DNA of 64,000 nucleotides from Oculina patagonica (Eukaryota): NCBI RefSeq assembly GCF_052425735.1, contig NC_135771.1, positions 10,850,001 to 10,914,000 of the forward strand, read 5' to 3'. Shown piece by piece: positions 38,318 to 50,873 of this stretch (position 1 is its first letter; each line of letters starts with the position of its first letter). The notes under the pieces were generated by a model. It saw only the letters and a program-made list of their open reading frames with translations, ran no database searches and was not told where the DNA came from. The position numbers and the translations under genes were made by a program.

Positions 38318-38467
38318 AGCCTCCTTCTCAGGCGCCTCGATTTTCGCTGCAACAAAGCGAGAACAAAGCGAGCGCGAAGCGCGAGTTACTGGTGACGAGA
38401 CCTTCCCCTACTCCCTTGCGCGCCCATGTCCCACAAAACAAGAGAGACGCGTCTGGGTACGAGGCAG
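38318..38467. mobile_element. 150-bp insertion with ~9-bp TSD TTTTTTCCC
   Basis: TSD present on both sides; empty site CATTTTTCCCTTCAC in other units. Confidence 0.82.
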
Positions 38468-41044
38468 TTTTTTCCCTTCACAAAAAACTTAAGCTTGCTT
38501 CTCTATTTAAGCACTCGCATGCAGCGAAAGCTCCGCAATCTGTCGTTTGGATGCGTTTGAAGGCGAACGTACAAAGTAAAGCCATTTTGAAAGCAATTGA
38601 ACAGCACCTGATGCATAGAAGTACAATTCTTTCTAAATATTCTTAAAATATTGAAATTAAACTATCGATCAAACTTTGCCAGAGATGACGTCGAAATATG
38701 CAGGAATTTCTCTCAAGCGTTCGTGACAAAAATTACTCTAACATGCATTGATCATAGAGTTTCGATTTAAATTCCATTGGTTAGGTATAAAAAAAACACA
38801 TTTATTTTCCAGCTGAAAGAAAGAGGGTAAAGAATCAACAAAAATTACTAAGAAATAAACAAAATAAGAAAATAGAAGAAGTGAAAAAGTCGTAAAAATG
38901 TGTCCTAATTTTGGGCTGTGTATATGCTTGAGAATGATAGTTAACTCGCAACTGCCAGATAGTCCGCATTTTTAGCAATTCAGTTTATATATAAATTCCT
39001 TTTGTCACGAGTCATGGCCTCCTGCATTTTTCCAGTCAAAATCTGCCCAAATCCCAGTTCCCGTTTACTCTTTCAGGCCCCTCTGCCCTATTCTAAACTT
39101 TTTACTTGAGGTACCCCTTAAAATTCTTGGTTTTCACGTGACGTAATCAAAATTACAAAATCCAGAATCGCAAGACTCCTGAGTTTTTATCCTTCACTGG
39201 CTATAAGACATGTTTTATATATATTTTGTTGAACATTACACTGACTACACTATAACGCAGTTTCAATCATAAAACGAAGATATGCTTAAAAAAATAAAAG
39301 ATTTGCAAAAAAAACAGCGACGAAAACAAAGTTTACGTGTACCCATAAAGAGACACATGTATTGCTAAGCGTGCACGTCTTTGGGCGACAGATACTTAGA
39401 AGTGCCAACTTGTCGAAACCTGAAACTGGCTTTAAGCAGCTGTTTTCCAACTCAAAGAACCGTTGAACAGTTAGCTAACTTCTGCTTTGGCTGAAATGTC
39501 ATCATCCGATCCACTTACAGTCTGACTGTGAAAAGAGCACGCGGGGGATCAATATTTGTCCTGAATCACACAATAGTGGCTAATAGAAAACCCGACCCGA
39601 CGGTCACGTTTTGTACTCTTTTAACTCAAATGTCAACAAAGCTATTGTGATCTTTTTTCAAAACTTGCAGGGCTTTAAGCAGCTGTTTTCCAACTCATAG
39701 AAGCCGTTGAACAGTTAGCTAACTTCTGCTTTGACTGAAATGTCGTCATCCGATCCACTTTACAGTCTGACTGTGGAAAGACCACGCAGCCTGGGGGATC
39801 AATATTTGTCTTGAATCACAATAGCTGGCTAATAGAACCCCACCCGATGGACACGTTTTGTACTCTTTAAACTCAAATGCTAACAAAGGCATTCTGATCT
39901 TTAACAAACACCTTCCTACCTAACAAAAAACAAATCTGTTTCGTCATCCCTTTTCGTAGCCTCTGTCGTCTTTTGTCAATTGGCATAGAATTGAGCGTTA
40001 TTTTGGTATTCAGCATTAGCCCTACTGATACGAGTTCTAAAACGGAAGACTCATTGTTAGTATTACACTCTCTCTGACTGTTTTTACTTTTGTTAAAGTT
40101 CACGGCATAACGAGTGAAAGTTTGCCGTGTTTTAACTAGGCGAAAATTCACATTAACGTTAATGTTTAGAAGCCACGTCACCCAAGATGAACGCAACGGG
40201 GCATGGTCTGTCTGCAGGTTCTTCTGTCATTTTTCCAACTTGATAGATGTCAATTTGATATCTTAGCGTTTCTAATTACAACCTTAGTAAAGCACAAAAA
40301 GCCACCGATTACATTCAGTTCTTCACAGAGAGCTAACCAGTAACGAAGTCTTAGACTTGAAGATCAAGAAACAAGAAACCCACATTACGGTGAGTCATTT
40401 TTGAAGCTAGTTTGCATTGTTAACAGCAGAGTTATAAAGTAGCTCGCTTTTTCGTGGATAATGCGAAGCAAATACACGAGCCGGGTAAGTACTGAAAGCC
40501 GTCCGTTTTTCTGGCAAAAATTCCTACTGATTTTTTATTTTTGTTTTGCAATTTTTTTCCTTCAAGACGGTCCATATGAACGACATTGAAATCCTTATAG
40601 AGACTCTTATTGAAGATCGTAAATTCCACAGGCGTCAAACATCATAAATCATTACTGTAGTCAAGATGCGCAATTTCGTGTACTCCTTTGCGTGCAATCT
40701 CTGACTCCTCGTTTTGTGATACAATTCGTTTTGTGAACTCGTTTCATCTTGATGACACAGCCTGTGTATTTAACAACCGCTTGTTGGACTAAGAAAAGGG
40801 TAGGACAGGGAACGGTGTAAAACTTTGACGCCTTCTGTAAGCTAGATACATAATGCGAGGAAAAAAAGAAAGAAATATTCGTATAAACAAGCCCTTCTAC
40901 TAATGTTCGACTATTCAATTGCTAAACATCAGCAGGACAAAGTTCGTCGCGATTTCTGAGGCGCAATAGCGAAGAGGAGCCCCATAACATCATATCTTAT
41001 AATCTTCTCATTTTTCTTCTGTCTCAGATCAAAACGAAGTGATC

Positions 41045-41548
41045 ATGTTGTTCAAATTCCTTTTGATGTCCTTGATGGCCACCGTGCTGATGTCCGACGA
41101 AGCTTCAGCAAATACCTGTCCTAAACACTGGGTGAAACTCAACGAGTATCCAGTTTGCTTCGGAACCCGAGATAGCCAGTTCGGTAAGTTTACCGTCAAG
41201 ACAAACATCGCCGTGAGCTCCCTGATGCTCGTGCACCGCTTAGGTGCGGTAAATTGTCAACATACCACTAAAGCCCGTGACAGCAACTGGGGATGTAATC
41301 GTACTAGCATTGGTGTCGTCCTAACAGACCATCAAAACAGCATACTGGCTCCACCTTCAATCGACAATGAAGGATGGTACCTTCTGCCAGGTTACACCTC
41401 CAACTCGCCAGTCCTCGAGTTCTGTCAATCGTTCACTTTCTCCGCTAGCGACGAGCTGCGTCTGTGGTATGGAGAGGATTTACGTGGATCCACCGAGAGC
41501 AACAACGCTGGTACATCGTGCGCAGACGTGTATGGTCTTGTGGCTTAA
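41045..41548 (+). CDS. Secreted Cys-rich protein, type I
   Basis: Intact; GVV and FTF variants. Confidence 0.93.
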   Translation: MLFKFLLMSLMATVLMSDEASANTCPKHWVKLNEYPVCFGTRDSQFGKFTVKTNIAVSSLMLVHRLGAVNCQHTTKARDSNWGCNRTSIGVVLTDHQNSILAPPSIDNEGWYLLPGYTSNSPVLEFCQSFTFSASDELRLWYGEDLRGSTESNNAGTSCADVYGLVA

Positions 41549-41728
41549 ACCAGCAGCCAACACTACGCTGACCCGATGCAGCGGCAAACCTCGAACAGTA
41601 AAATAAAATGGTGATTTTCAGTAGAGGGGACAGTTTTGTAGTTACTTGTTTGAAGGCATTAATAAAGGAACTCGAGGTGAAAAAAGTTGTGTTAGTTCAG
41701 TGTCGTCTCCGAATGCATTTTTTTTCCC

Positions 41729-41878
41729 AGCCTCCTCCTCAGGCGCCTCGATTTTCGCTGCAACAAAGCGAGAACAAAGCGAGCGCGAAGCGCGAGTTAC
41801 TGGTGACGAGACCTTCCCCTACTCCCTTGCGCGCCCATGTCCCACAAAACAAGAGAGACGCGTCTGGGTACGAGGCAG
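41729..41878. mobile_element. 150-bp insertion (third copy)
   Basis: Same as 38318-38467. Confidence 0.82.
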
Positions 41879-44207
41879 TTTTTTCCCTTCACAAAAAACT
41901 TAAGCTTGCTTCTCTATTTAAGCACTCGCATGCAGCGAAAGCTCCGCAATCTGTCGTTTGGATGCGTTTGAAGGCGAACGTACAAAGTAAAGCCATTTTG
42001 AAAGCAATTGAACAGCACCTGATGCATAGAAGTACAATTCTTTCTAAATATTCCTAAAATATTGAAATTAAACTATCGATCAAACTTTGCCAGAGATGAC
42101 GTCGAAATATGCAGGAATTTCTCTCAAGCGTTCGTGACAAAAATTACTCTAACATGCATTGATCATAGAGTTTCAATTTAAATTCCATTGGTTAGGTATA
42201 AAAAAAACACATTTATTTTCCAGCTGAAAGAAAGAGGGTAAAGAATCAACAAAAATTACTAAGAAATAAACAAAAAAAGAAAATAGAAGAAGTGAAAAAG
42301 TCGTAAAAATGTGTCCTAATTTTGGGCTGTGTATATGCTTGAGAATGATAGTTAACTCGCAACTGCCAGATAGTCCGCATTTTTAGCAATTCAGTTTATA
42401 TATAAATGTCTTTTGTCAGGAGTCATGGCCTCCTGCATTTTCCCAGTCAAAATCTGCCCAAATCCCAGTTCCCGTTTACTCTTTCAGGCCCCTCTGCCCT
42501 ATTCTAAACTTTTTACTTGAGGTACCCCTTAAAATTCTTGGTTTTCACGTGACGTAATCAAAATTACAAAATCGCAAGAACCCTGAGTTTTTATCCTTCA
42601 CTGGATATTAGACATTTCTTTTGATGATATATATTTTGTTGAACATTACACTGACTACACTGTAACGCAGTTTCAATCATAAAACGAAGATATGCTTAAA
42701 AAAATAAAAGATTTGCAAAAAAACAGCGACGAAAACAAAGTTTACGTGTACCCATAGAGAGACACATGTATTGTTAAGCGTGCACGTCTTTGGGCGACAG
42801 ATACTTAGAAGTGCCAACTTCTCGAAACTTGAAACTGGCTTTAAGCAGCTGTTTTCCAACTCAAAGAAGCCGTTGAACAGTTAGCTAACTTCTGCTTTGA
42901 CTGAAATGTCGTCATCCGATCCACTTTACAGTCTGACTGTGAAAAGACCACGCAGCCTGAGGGATCAATATTTGTCTTGAATCACAATAGCTGGCTAATA
43001 AAACCCCACCCGATGGACACGTTTTGTACTCTTTAAACTCAAATGCTAACAAAGGCATTCTGATCTTTAACAAACACCTTCCTACCTAACAAAAAACAAA
43101 TCTGTTTCGTCATCCCTTTTCGTAGCCTCTGTCGTCTTTTGTTTTAAATTGGCATAGAATTGAGCGTTATTTTGGTATTCAGCATTAGCCCTATACGAGT
43201 TCTAAAACAGAAGACTCATTGTTAGTATTACACTCTCTCTGACTGTTTTTACTTTTGTTAAAGTTCACGGCATAACAAGTGAAAGTTTGCTCTGTTTTAA
43301 CTAGGCGAAAATTCACATTAACGTTAATGTTTAGAAGCCACGTTACCCAAGATGAATGCAACGGGGCATGCTCTGTCTGCAGGTTCTTCTGTCATTTTTC
43401 CAACTTGATAGATGTCAATTTGATATCTTAGCGTTTCTAATTACAACCTTAGTAAAGCACAAAAAGCCACCGATCACATTCAGTTCTTCACAGAGAGCTT
43501 ACCAGTAACGAAGTCTTATACTTGAAGATCAAGAAACAAGAAACCCACATTACGGTGAGTCATTTTTGAAGCTAGTTTGCATTTTTAACAGCAGAGTTAT
43601 AAAGTAGCTCGCTTTTTCGTGGATAATGCGAAGCGAATACACGAGCCGGGTAAGTAATGAAAGCCGTCCGTTTTTCTGGCGAAAATTCCTACTGATTTTC
43701 TATTTTTGTTTCGCAATTTTATTCCTTCAAGACGGTCCATATAAACGACATAGAAATCCTTATAGAGACTCTTATTGAAGATCGTAAATTCCACAGGCGT
43801 CAAACATCATAAATCATTACTGTAGTCAAGATGCGCAATTTCGTGTACTCCTTTGCGTGCGTCTCTTACTCCTCGTTCTGGGATACAATTCGTTTTTTTT
43901 AACTTGTTTCATCTTGATATCACAGCCTGTGTATTTAACAACCGCTTGTTGGACTGAAAAAAGGAAAGGACAGGGAACGGTGTAAAACTTTGACGCCTTC
44001 TGTAAGCTAGATACATAATGCGAGAAAAAAGAAAGAAATATTCGTATAAACAAGCCCTTCTACTAATGTTCGACTATTCAATTGCTAAACATCAGCAGGA
44101 CAAAGTTCGTCGCGATTTCTGAGGCGCAATAGCGAAGAGGAGCCCCATAACATCATGTCTTATAATCTTCTCATTTTTCTTCTGTCTCAGATCAAAACGA
44201 AGTGATC

Positions 44208-44711
44208 ATGTTGTTCAAATTCCTTTTGATGTCCTTGATGGCCACCGTGCTGATGTCCGACGAAGCTTCAGCAAATACCTGTCCTAAACACTGGGTGAAA
44301 CTCAACGAGTATCCAGTTTGCTTCGGAACCCGAGATAGCCAGTTCGGTAAGTTTACCGTCAAGACAAACATCGCCGTGAGCTCCCTGATGCTCGTGCACC
44401 GCTTAGGTGCGGTAAATTGTCAACATACCACTAAAGCCCGTGACAGCAACTGGGGATGTAATCGTACTAGCATTGGTGTCGTCCTAACAGACCATCAAAA
44501 CAGCATACTGGCTCCACCTTCAATCGACAATGAAGGATGGTACCTTCTGCCAGGTTACACCTCCAACTCGCCAGTCCTCGAGTTCTGTCAATCGTTCTCT
44601 TTCTCCGCTAGCGACGAGCTGCGTCTGTGGTATGGAGAGGATTTACGTGGATCCACCGAGAGCAACAACGCTGGTACATCGTGCGCAGACGTGTATGGTC
44701 TTGTGGCTTAA
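44208..44711 (+). CDS. Secreted Cys-rich protein, type I
   Basis: Intact ORF. Confidence 0.93.
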   Translation: MLFKFLLMSLMATVLMSDEASANTCPKHWVKLNEYPVCFGTRDSQFGKFTVKTNIAVSSLMLVHRLGAVNCQHTTKARDSNWGCNRTSIGVVLTDHQNSILAPPSIDNEGWYLLPGYTSNSPVLEFCQSFSFSASDELRLWYGEDLRGSTESNNAGTSCADVYGLVA

Positions 44712-47460
44712 ACCAGCAGCCAACACTACGCTGACCCGATGCAGCGGCAAACCTCGAACAGTAAAATAAAATGGTGATTTTCAGTAGAGGGGACAGTTTT
44801 GTAGTTACTTGTTTGAAGGCATTAATAAAGGTACTCGAGGTGAAAAAAAGTTGTGTTAGTTCAGTGTCGTCTCCGAATACATTTTTTCCCTTCACAAAAA
44901 CTTAAGCTTGCTTCTCTATTTAAGCACTCGCATGCAGCAAAACTCTGCAATCTGTCGTTTGGATGCGTTTGGAGGCGAATTACAAAGTAAAGCCATTTTG
45001 AAAGCAATTCAACAGCACCTGATGCATAGAAGTACAATTCTTTGTAAATATTCCCAAAATATTGAAATTAAACTATCGATCAAACTTTGCCAGAGATGAC
45101 GTCGAAATATGCAGGAATTTCTCTCAAGCGTTCGTGACAAGAATTACTCTAACATGCATTGATCATAGAGTTTCAATTTAAATTCCATTGGTTAAGTATA
45201 AAAAAAAACACATTTATTTTCCAGCTGAAAGAAAGAGGGTAAAGAATCAACAAAAATTAAGAAATAAACAAAGAAAGAAAATGGAAGGTGTGTAAAAGTC
45301 GTAAAAATGTGTCCTAATTTTGGACTGTGTATATGCTTGAGAATGATAGTTAACTCGCAACTGCTAAATATTCCGCATTTTTAGCAATTCAGTTTCTATA
45401 TAAATGCCTTTTGTCAGGAGTCATGGCCTCCTACATTTTCCCAGTCAAAATCTGCCCAAATCCCAGTTCCAGTTTACTCTTTCAGGCCCCTCTGCCCTAT
45501 TCTAAACTTTTTACTTGAGGTACCCCTTAAAATTCTTGGTTTTCACGTGACGTAATCAAAATTCCAAAATCCAGAATCGCAAGACCCCTGAGCTTTTATC
45601 CTTCACTGGCTATTAGATGTTTTTAATATATATTTTGTTGAACATTACACTGACTACACTGTAAAGCAGTTTAAATCATAAAACGAAGATATGCTTAAAA
45701 AAATAAAAGATTTGCAAAAAAAAGCGACGAAAACAAAGTTTACGTGTACCCATAGAGAGCCACATGTATTGTTAAGCGTGCACGTCTTTGGGCGACAGAT
45801 ACTTAGAAGTGCCAACTTCTCGAAACTTGAAACTGGCTTTAAGCAGCTGTTTTCCAACTCATAGAAGCCGTTGAAAAGTTAGCTAATTTCTGCTTTGACT
45901 AAAATGTCGTCATCCGATCCACTTTACAGTCTGACTGTGAAAAGACCACGCGGGGGATCAATATTTGTCTTGAATCACAATAGCTGGCTAATAGAAAACC
46001 CGACCCGACGGTCACGTTTTGTACTCTTTAAACTCAAATGTCACTGAACAAATCCATTGTGATTTTTTCTCAAAACTTGCACGGCATTAAGCAGCTGTTT
46101 TCCAACTCACAGAAGCCGTTGAACAGTTAGCTAACTTCTGCTTTGACAGAAATGTCGATCGTAACCGTATCCACTTTACAGTCTGACTGTGAAAAGACCA
46201 CGCAGCCTGAGGGATCAATATTTGTCTTGAATCACAATAGCTGGCTAATAAAACCCCACCCGATGAACACGTTCTGTACTCTTAAACTCAAATGCTAACA
46301 AAGGCATTCTGATCTTTAACAAACACCTTCCTACGTAACAAAAAACAAATCTGTTTCGTCATCCCTTTTCACAGCCTCTGTCGTCTTCTGTTTTAAAATT
46401 GGCATAGAATTGAGCGTTATTTTGGTATTCAGCATTAGCCCTATACGAGTTCTAAAACGGAAGACTCATTGTTAGTATTACACTCTCTCTGACTGTTTTT
46501 ACTTTTGTTGAAGTTCACGGCACAACAAGTGAAAGTTTGCCCTGTTTTAACTAGGCGAAAATTCACATTAACGTTAATGTTTAGAAGCCACGTCACCCAA
46601 GATGAATGCAACGGGATATGCTCTGTCTGCAGGTTCTTCTGACATTTTTCCAACTTGATAGATGTCAATTTGATATCTTAGCGTTTCTAATTACAACCTT
46701 AGTAAAGCACAAAAAGCCACCGATCACATTCAGTTCTTCACAGAGAGCTAACCAGTAACGAAGTCTTAGACTTGAAGATAAAGAAACAAGAAACCCACAT
46801 TACGGTGAGTCATTTTTGAAGCTACTTTGCATTTTTAACAGCAGAGTAATAAAGTAGCTCGCTTTTTCGTGGATTATGCGAAGCGAATACACGAGCCGGG
46901 TAAGTAATGAAAGCCGTCCGTTTTTCTGGCAAAAATTCCTACTGATTTTCTATTTTTGTTTCGCAATTTTATTCCTTCAAGACGGTCCATATAAACGACA
47001 TAGAAATCCTTATAGAGACTCTTATTGAAGATCGTAAATTCCACAGGCGTCAAACATCATAAATCATTACTGTAGTCAAGATGCGCAATTTCGTGTACTC
47101 CTTTGCGTGCGTCTCTTACTCCTCGTTTTGGGATCAAATTCGTTTTTTTTAACTTGTTTCATCTTGATATCACAGCCTGTGTATTTAACAACCGCTTGTT
47201 GGACTAAGAAAAGGGTAGGACAGGGTACGGTGTAAAACTTTGACGCCTTCTGTAAGCTAGATACATAATGCGAGAAAAAAGAAAGAAATCAGTATTCGTA
47301 TAAACAACCCCTTCTACTAATGTTCGACTATTCAATTGCTAAACATCAGCAGGACAAAGTTCGTCGCGATTTCTGAGCGCAATAGCGAAGAGGAGCCCCA
47401 TAACATCATGTCTTATAATCTTCTCATTTTTCTTCTGTCTCAGATCAAAACGAAGTGATC

Positions 47461-47964
47461 ATGTTGTTCAAATTCCTTTTGATCTCCATGATGGCCACCG
47501 TGCTGATGTCCGACGAAGCTTCAGCAAATACCTGTCCTAAACACTGGGTGAAACTCAACGAGTATCCAGTTTGCTTCGGAACCCGAGATAGCCAGTTCGG
47601 TAAGTTTACCGTCAAGACAAACATCGCCGTGAGCTCCCTGATGCTCGTGCACCGCTTAGGTGCGGTAAATTGTCAACATACCACTAAAGCCCGTGACAGC
47701 AACTGGGGATGTAATCGTACTAGCATTGGTGTCGTCCTAACAGACCATCAAAACAGCATACTGGCTCCACCTTCAATCGACAATGAAGGATGGTACCTTC
47801 TGCCAGGTTACACCTCCAACTCGCCAGTCCTCGAGTTCTGTCAATCGTTCTCTTTCTCCGCTAGCGACGAGCTGCGTCTGTGGTATGGAGAGGATTTACG
47901 TGGATCCACCGAGAGCAACAACGCTGGTACATCGTGCGCAGACGTGTATGGTCTTGTGGCTTAA
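47461..47964 (+). CDS. Secreted Cys-rich protein, type I (ISMM signal peptide)
   Basis: Intact; last gene of the cluster. Confidence 0.93.
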   Translation: MLFKFLLISMMATVLMSDEASANTCPKHWVKLNEYPVCFGTRDSQFGKFTVKTNIAVSSLMLVHRLGAVNCQHTTKARDSNWGCNRTSIGVVLTDHQNSILAPPSIDNEGWYLLPGYTSNSPVLEFCQSFSFSASDELRLWYGEDLRGSTESNNAGTSCADVYGLVA

Positions 47965-50800
47965 ACCAGCAGCCATTACTAAGTTCACCGGATGCAGCCG
48001 CAAACCTCGCACAGTACAATAAAATAGTAATTTTCAGTAGATGGGACAGTTTTGTAGTTACTTGATTGAAGGCATTAATAAAGGTACTCGAGGTGAAAAA
48101 AGTTGTGTTTGTTCAGTGTCGTCTCCGAATACTTTTTTCCCTTCACAAAAACTTAAGCTTGCTTCTCTATTTAAGCACTCGCATGCAGCAAATACTCTGC
48201 AATCTATCGTTTGGATGCGTTTGGAGGCGAATTACAAAGTAAAGCTATTTTGAAAGCAATTGAACAGCACCTGATGCATAGAAGTACAATTCGTTGGAAA
48301 TATTCCCAAAATATTGAAATTAAACTATCGATCAAACTTTGCCAGAGATGTCATCGAAATATGCAGGAATTTCTCTCAAGCGTTCGTGACAAAAATTACT
48401 CTAACATGCATATTGATCATAGAGTTTCAATTTAAATTTCCATTGGTTAGGTAAAAAAAAAACATATATTTTCCAGCTGAAAGAAAGAGGGTAAAGAATC
48501 AGCAAAAAGTAAGAAATAAACAAAGAAAGAAAATGGAAGGTGTGAAAAAGTTGTAAAAATGTGTCCTAATTTTGGGCTGTGTATATGCTTGAGAATGATA
48601 GTTAACTCGCAACTGCCAGATAGTCCGCATTTTTAGCAATTCTAGTTTATATATAAATGCCTTTTGTCAGGAGTCATGGCCTCCTACATTTTCCCAGTGA
48701 AAAACTGCCCAAATCCCAGTTCCCGTTTACTCAGGCCCCTCTGCCCTTCTAAACTTTTTCTTTGAGGTACCCCTTAAAATTCTTGGTTTTCACGTGACGT
48801 AATCAAAATTCCAAAATCCAGAATCACAAGACCCCTGAGTTTTTATCCTTCACTGGCTATTAGACGTTTTTAGCGGAGCTCCTTAGCGTAGCCCCATAAC
48901 CATAGAAAATTACAAGTAGAGGAACCATGTAGCTGAGTTTTCATGGTCATCATGGCTAGCGGCATGGTCCGCGGGCGCGTGCGCCGTACGACGAACAACG
49001 TACGTCTTGCAACATGGCGGCCATGGTCATCCGAGATTTTTAAAGGTCTTAAACGACGATTGGGGACAAGACAAATATAGACAACGGGTAGAATTACTCA
49101 GCGACACTACACAGCAAAACATCTGAGAGATTTATTATCCAACTGCTCTATTTTGTTTGTCTTTTTTCATGTATGAGTGTTTCGAAACCTCTATGCGCCT
49201 TTACGCAAAAAAATGTGGCTCTCATTCGATCGCTACACATGCCTTGGTCTTTGGTCGCATTCATTGATACACGATACACATAACCCGAGCAATTGACTTT
49301 ATGGTCCTTTATCTTCTATCGAATGGATGATGTAGACGTTTCAGTTAGATATAAACAAAGTTATAGTGATTTGAAAACGCGGGAAAATTTGTTGCGCGGT
49401 GTTCACTGTGTAGGCTGAATGAAATCGCCAGTAAATGGAGAACTTTCTTACCGAAATATTTCTCGCACGATGTCCTAAAAAGTCATGAAATTGTGAAAAC
49501 GAAAAAGGTTTACGAGGAGACCCGAAATAATATGGGTATGATATTCCTTGTGCAAGTCAAGTTTGCTGGTTTCTGTTGCTTGCAGTTGAATCTGCGGCTA
49601 TCATGCATCATCAAGAATACAATAACTTTAGCTTAAATGATTGTGGTGAAACGAAGCTAACTACTGCATGGATCATGTCAGCTGAAGAAAGAGACAGGAC
49701 CCTGATGCAAGGTAACAAACTGTACTGAATTGCTGAGCCTGCTTTTATGACAGAAAATGTTTTTTCTTTCTGAACGCAGTTTCGAGAGATTCTGTGTCGG
49801 CAAGGATTAGATCTTTCCGTAAAATACTTTGCCGCTTTCAGTCGCTTTAATTAACAAATAAAGAAGCCTCGACTGTGCTCTGTTCTCCCGTTCTCCTTCC
49901 CCTTTGAACGCCGGCCACGCAGGCTAGTAACATCACTACTCTTGTTTACAGCGGTCTCAAGGTCTATTGAGGATAATAACTCGTTTTCTTCTGGGATGTC
50001 TAGGTTAAACAGACAATTTTGCTCTAATACCTCAGAAAAACTGAAAGAAAAATTCGGAAAATCGTCCGCCATTTTTTAACCTTGCGGATGATGGCGTGAG
50101 CACCGAGCTTTGTACTCTCATAAAGCACGCTGTTTAGACCAATGGTAACGCTTGTTAGATTGGCACTTTATTATTGCGTTCGACGAAGGAGAGCGCAAGC
50201 CTAATTTTGTTTTTGCGTCCTGTGTCTTTTGAGTTGGTATGCTTTGTGTACTGTTATGCGGGATGAATCGAGCTGTAATGCGCGCGCAGATGTATGGACT
50301 CCAGATTGGCCGCCCCGATTAATTTTTGCAGGGGCCATTTCTCGGCCGGGAAACTGGTAGCCACAGATTGCCTCGATTTTATGCAAATTAAGATGGCGTC
50401 CCAAACGGAGCTTAGAAACATTATTTTGCTTGAAAAAAAGGGTTAAACACGTGTTTCCAAAATTGTATTTTTGCCAATTTTGCCATGGAGAACATTAGAA
50501 GGTTATCATCCAAGGTAACAGAGTTGTCTTCAGCCACCGAACGTCATAAAAAGAGTGGAAATCGAGTAAGTCGATGCGTAGTTTCGTACGGAGTTCGTTC
50601 GTAGGTAAACCAGCGTATTTTCCTGCAATTATATGTTGCACAAAACTACAAATTGTTAGAATTAAATGCATCGAGAGTGGGTATAGTACGGATCGAAATT
50701 GTTTTATCACTTCTTTCAATTTGTGATATATCGTTATTCCTAGAAACACTAGACGTTTTGACGAGGAAATCGTTGTGTGAATGTAATATGCGTGTAATGG

Positions 50801-50802
<2 letters not shown>

Positions 50803-50872
<70 letters not shown>
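50803..50872 (+). repeat. (TAA)n microsatellite
   Basis: About 23 perfect units. Confidence 0.98.

Positions 50873-50873
<1 letters not shown>

Larger units (their letters stand above)
780..48870 (+). repeat. Tandem gene cluster of ~3-3.5 kb units (promoter, exon 1, intron, coding exon, 3' flank); 12 gene copies, interrupted at 22224-33476
   Basis: The same CDS and flanks recur at ~0.8, 5.1, 9.0, 12.3, 14.2, 17.2, 20.2, 33.7, 37.6, 41.0, 44.2 and 47.5 kb. Flank homology ends at ~48870. Confidence 0.97.

Noticed and set aside
49851-50072. Acidic minus-strand ORF MADDFPNFSF...
   Set aside because: Short, with no recognisable domain or supported downstream exons; possibly a transposon gene fragment.
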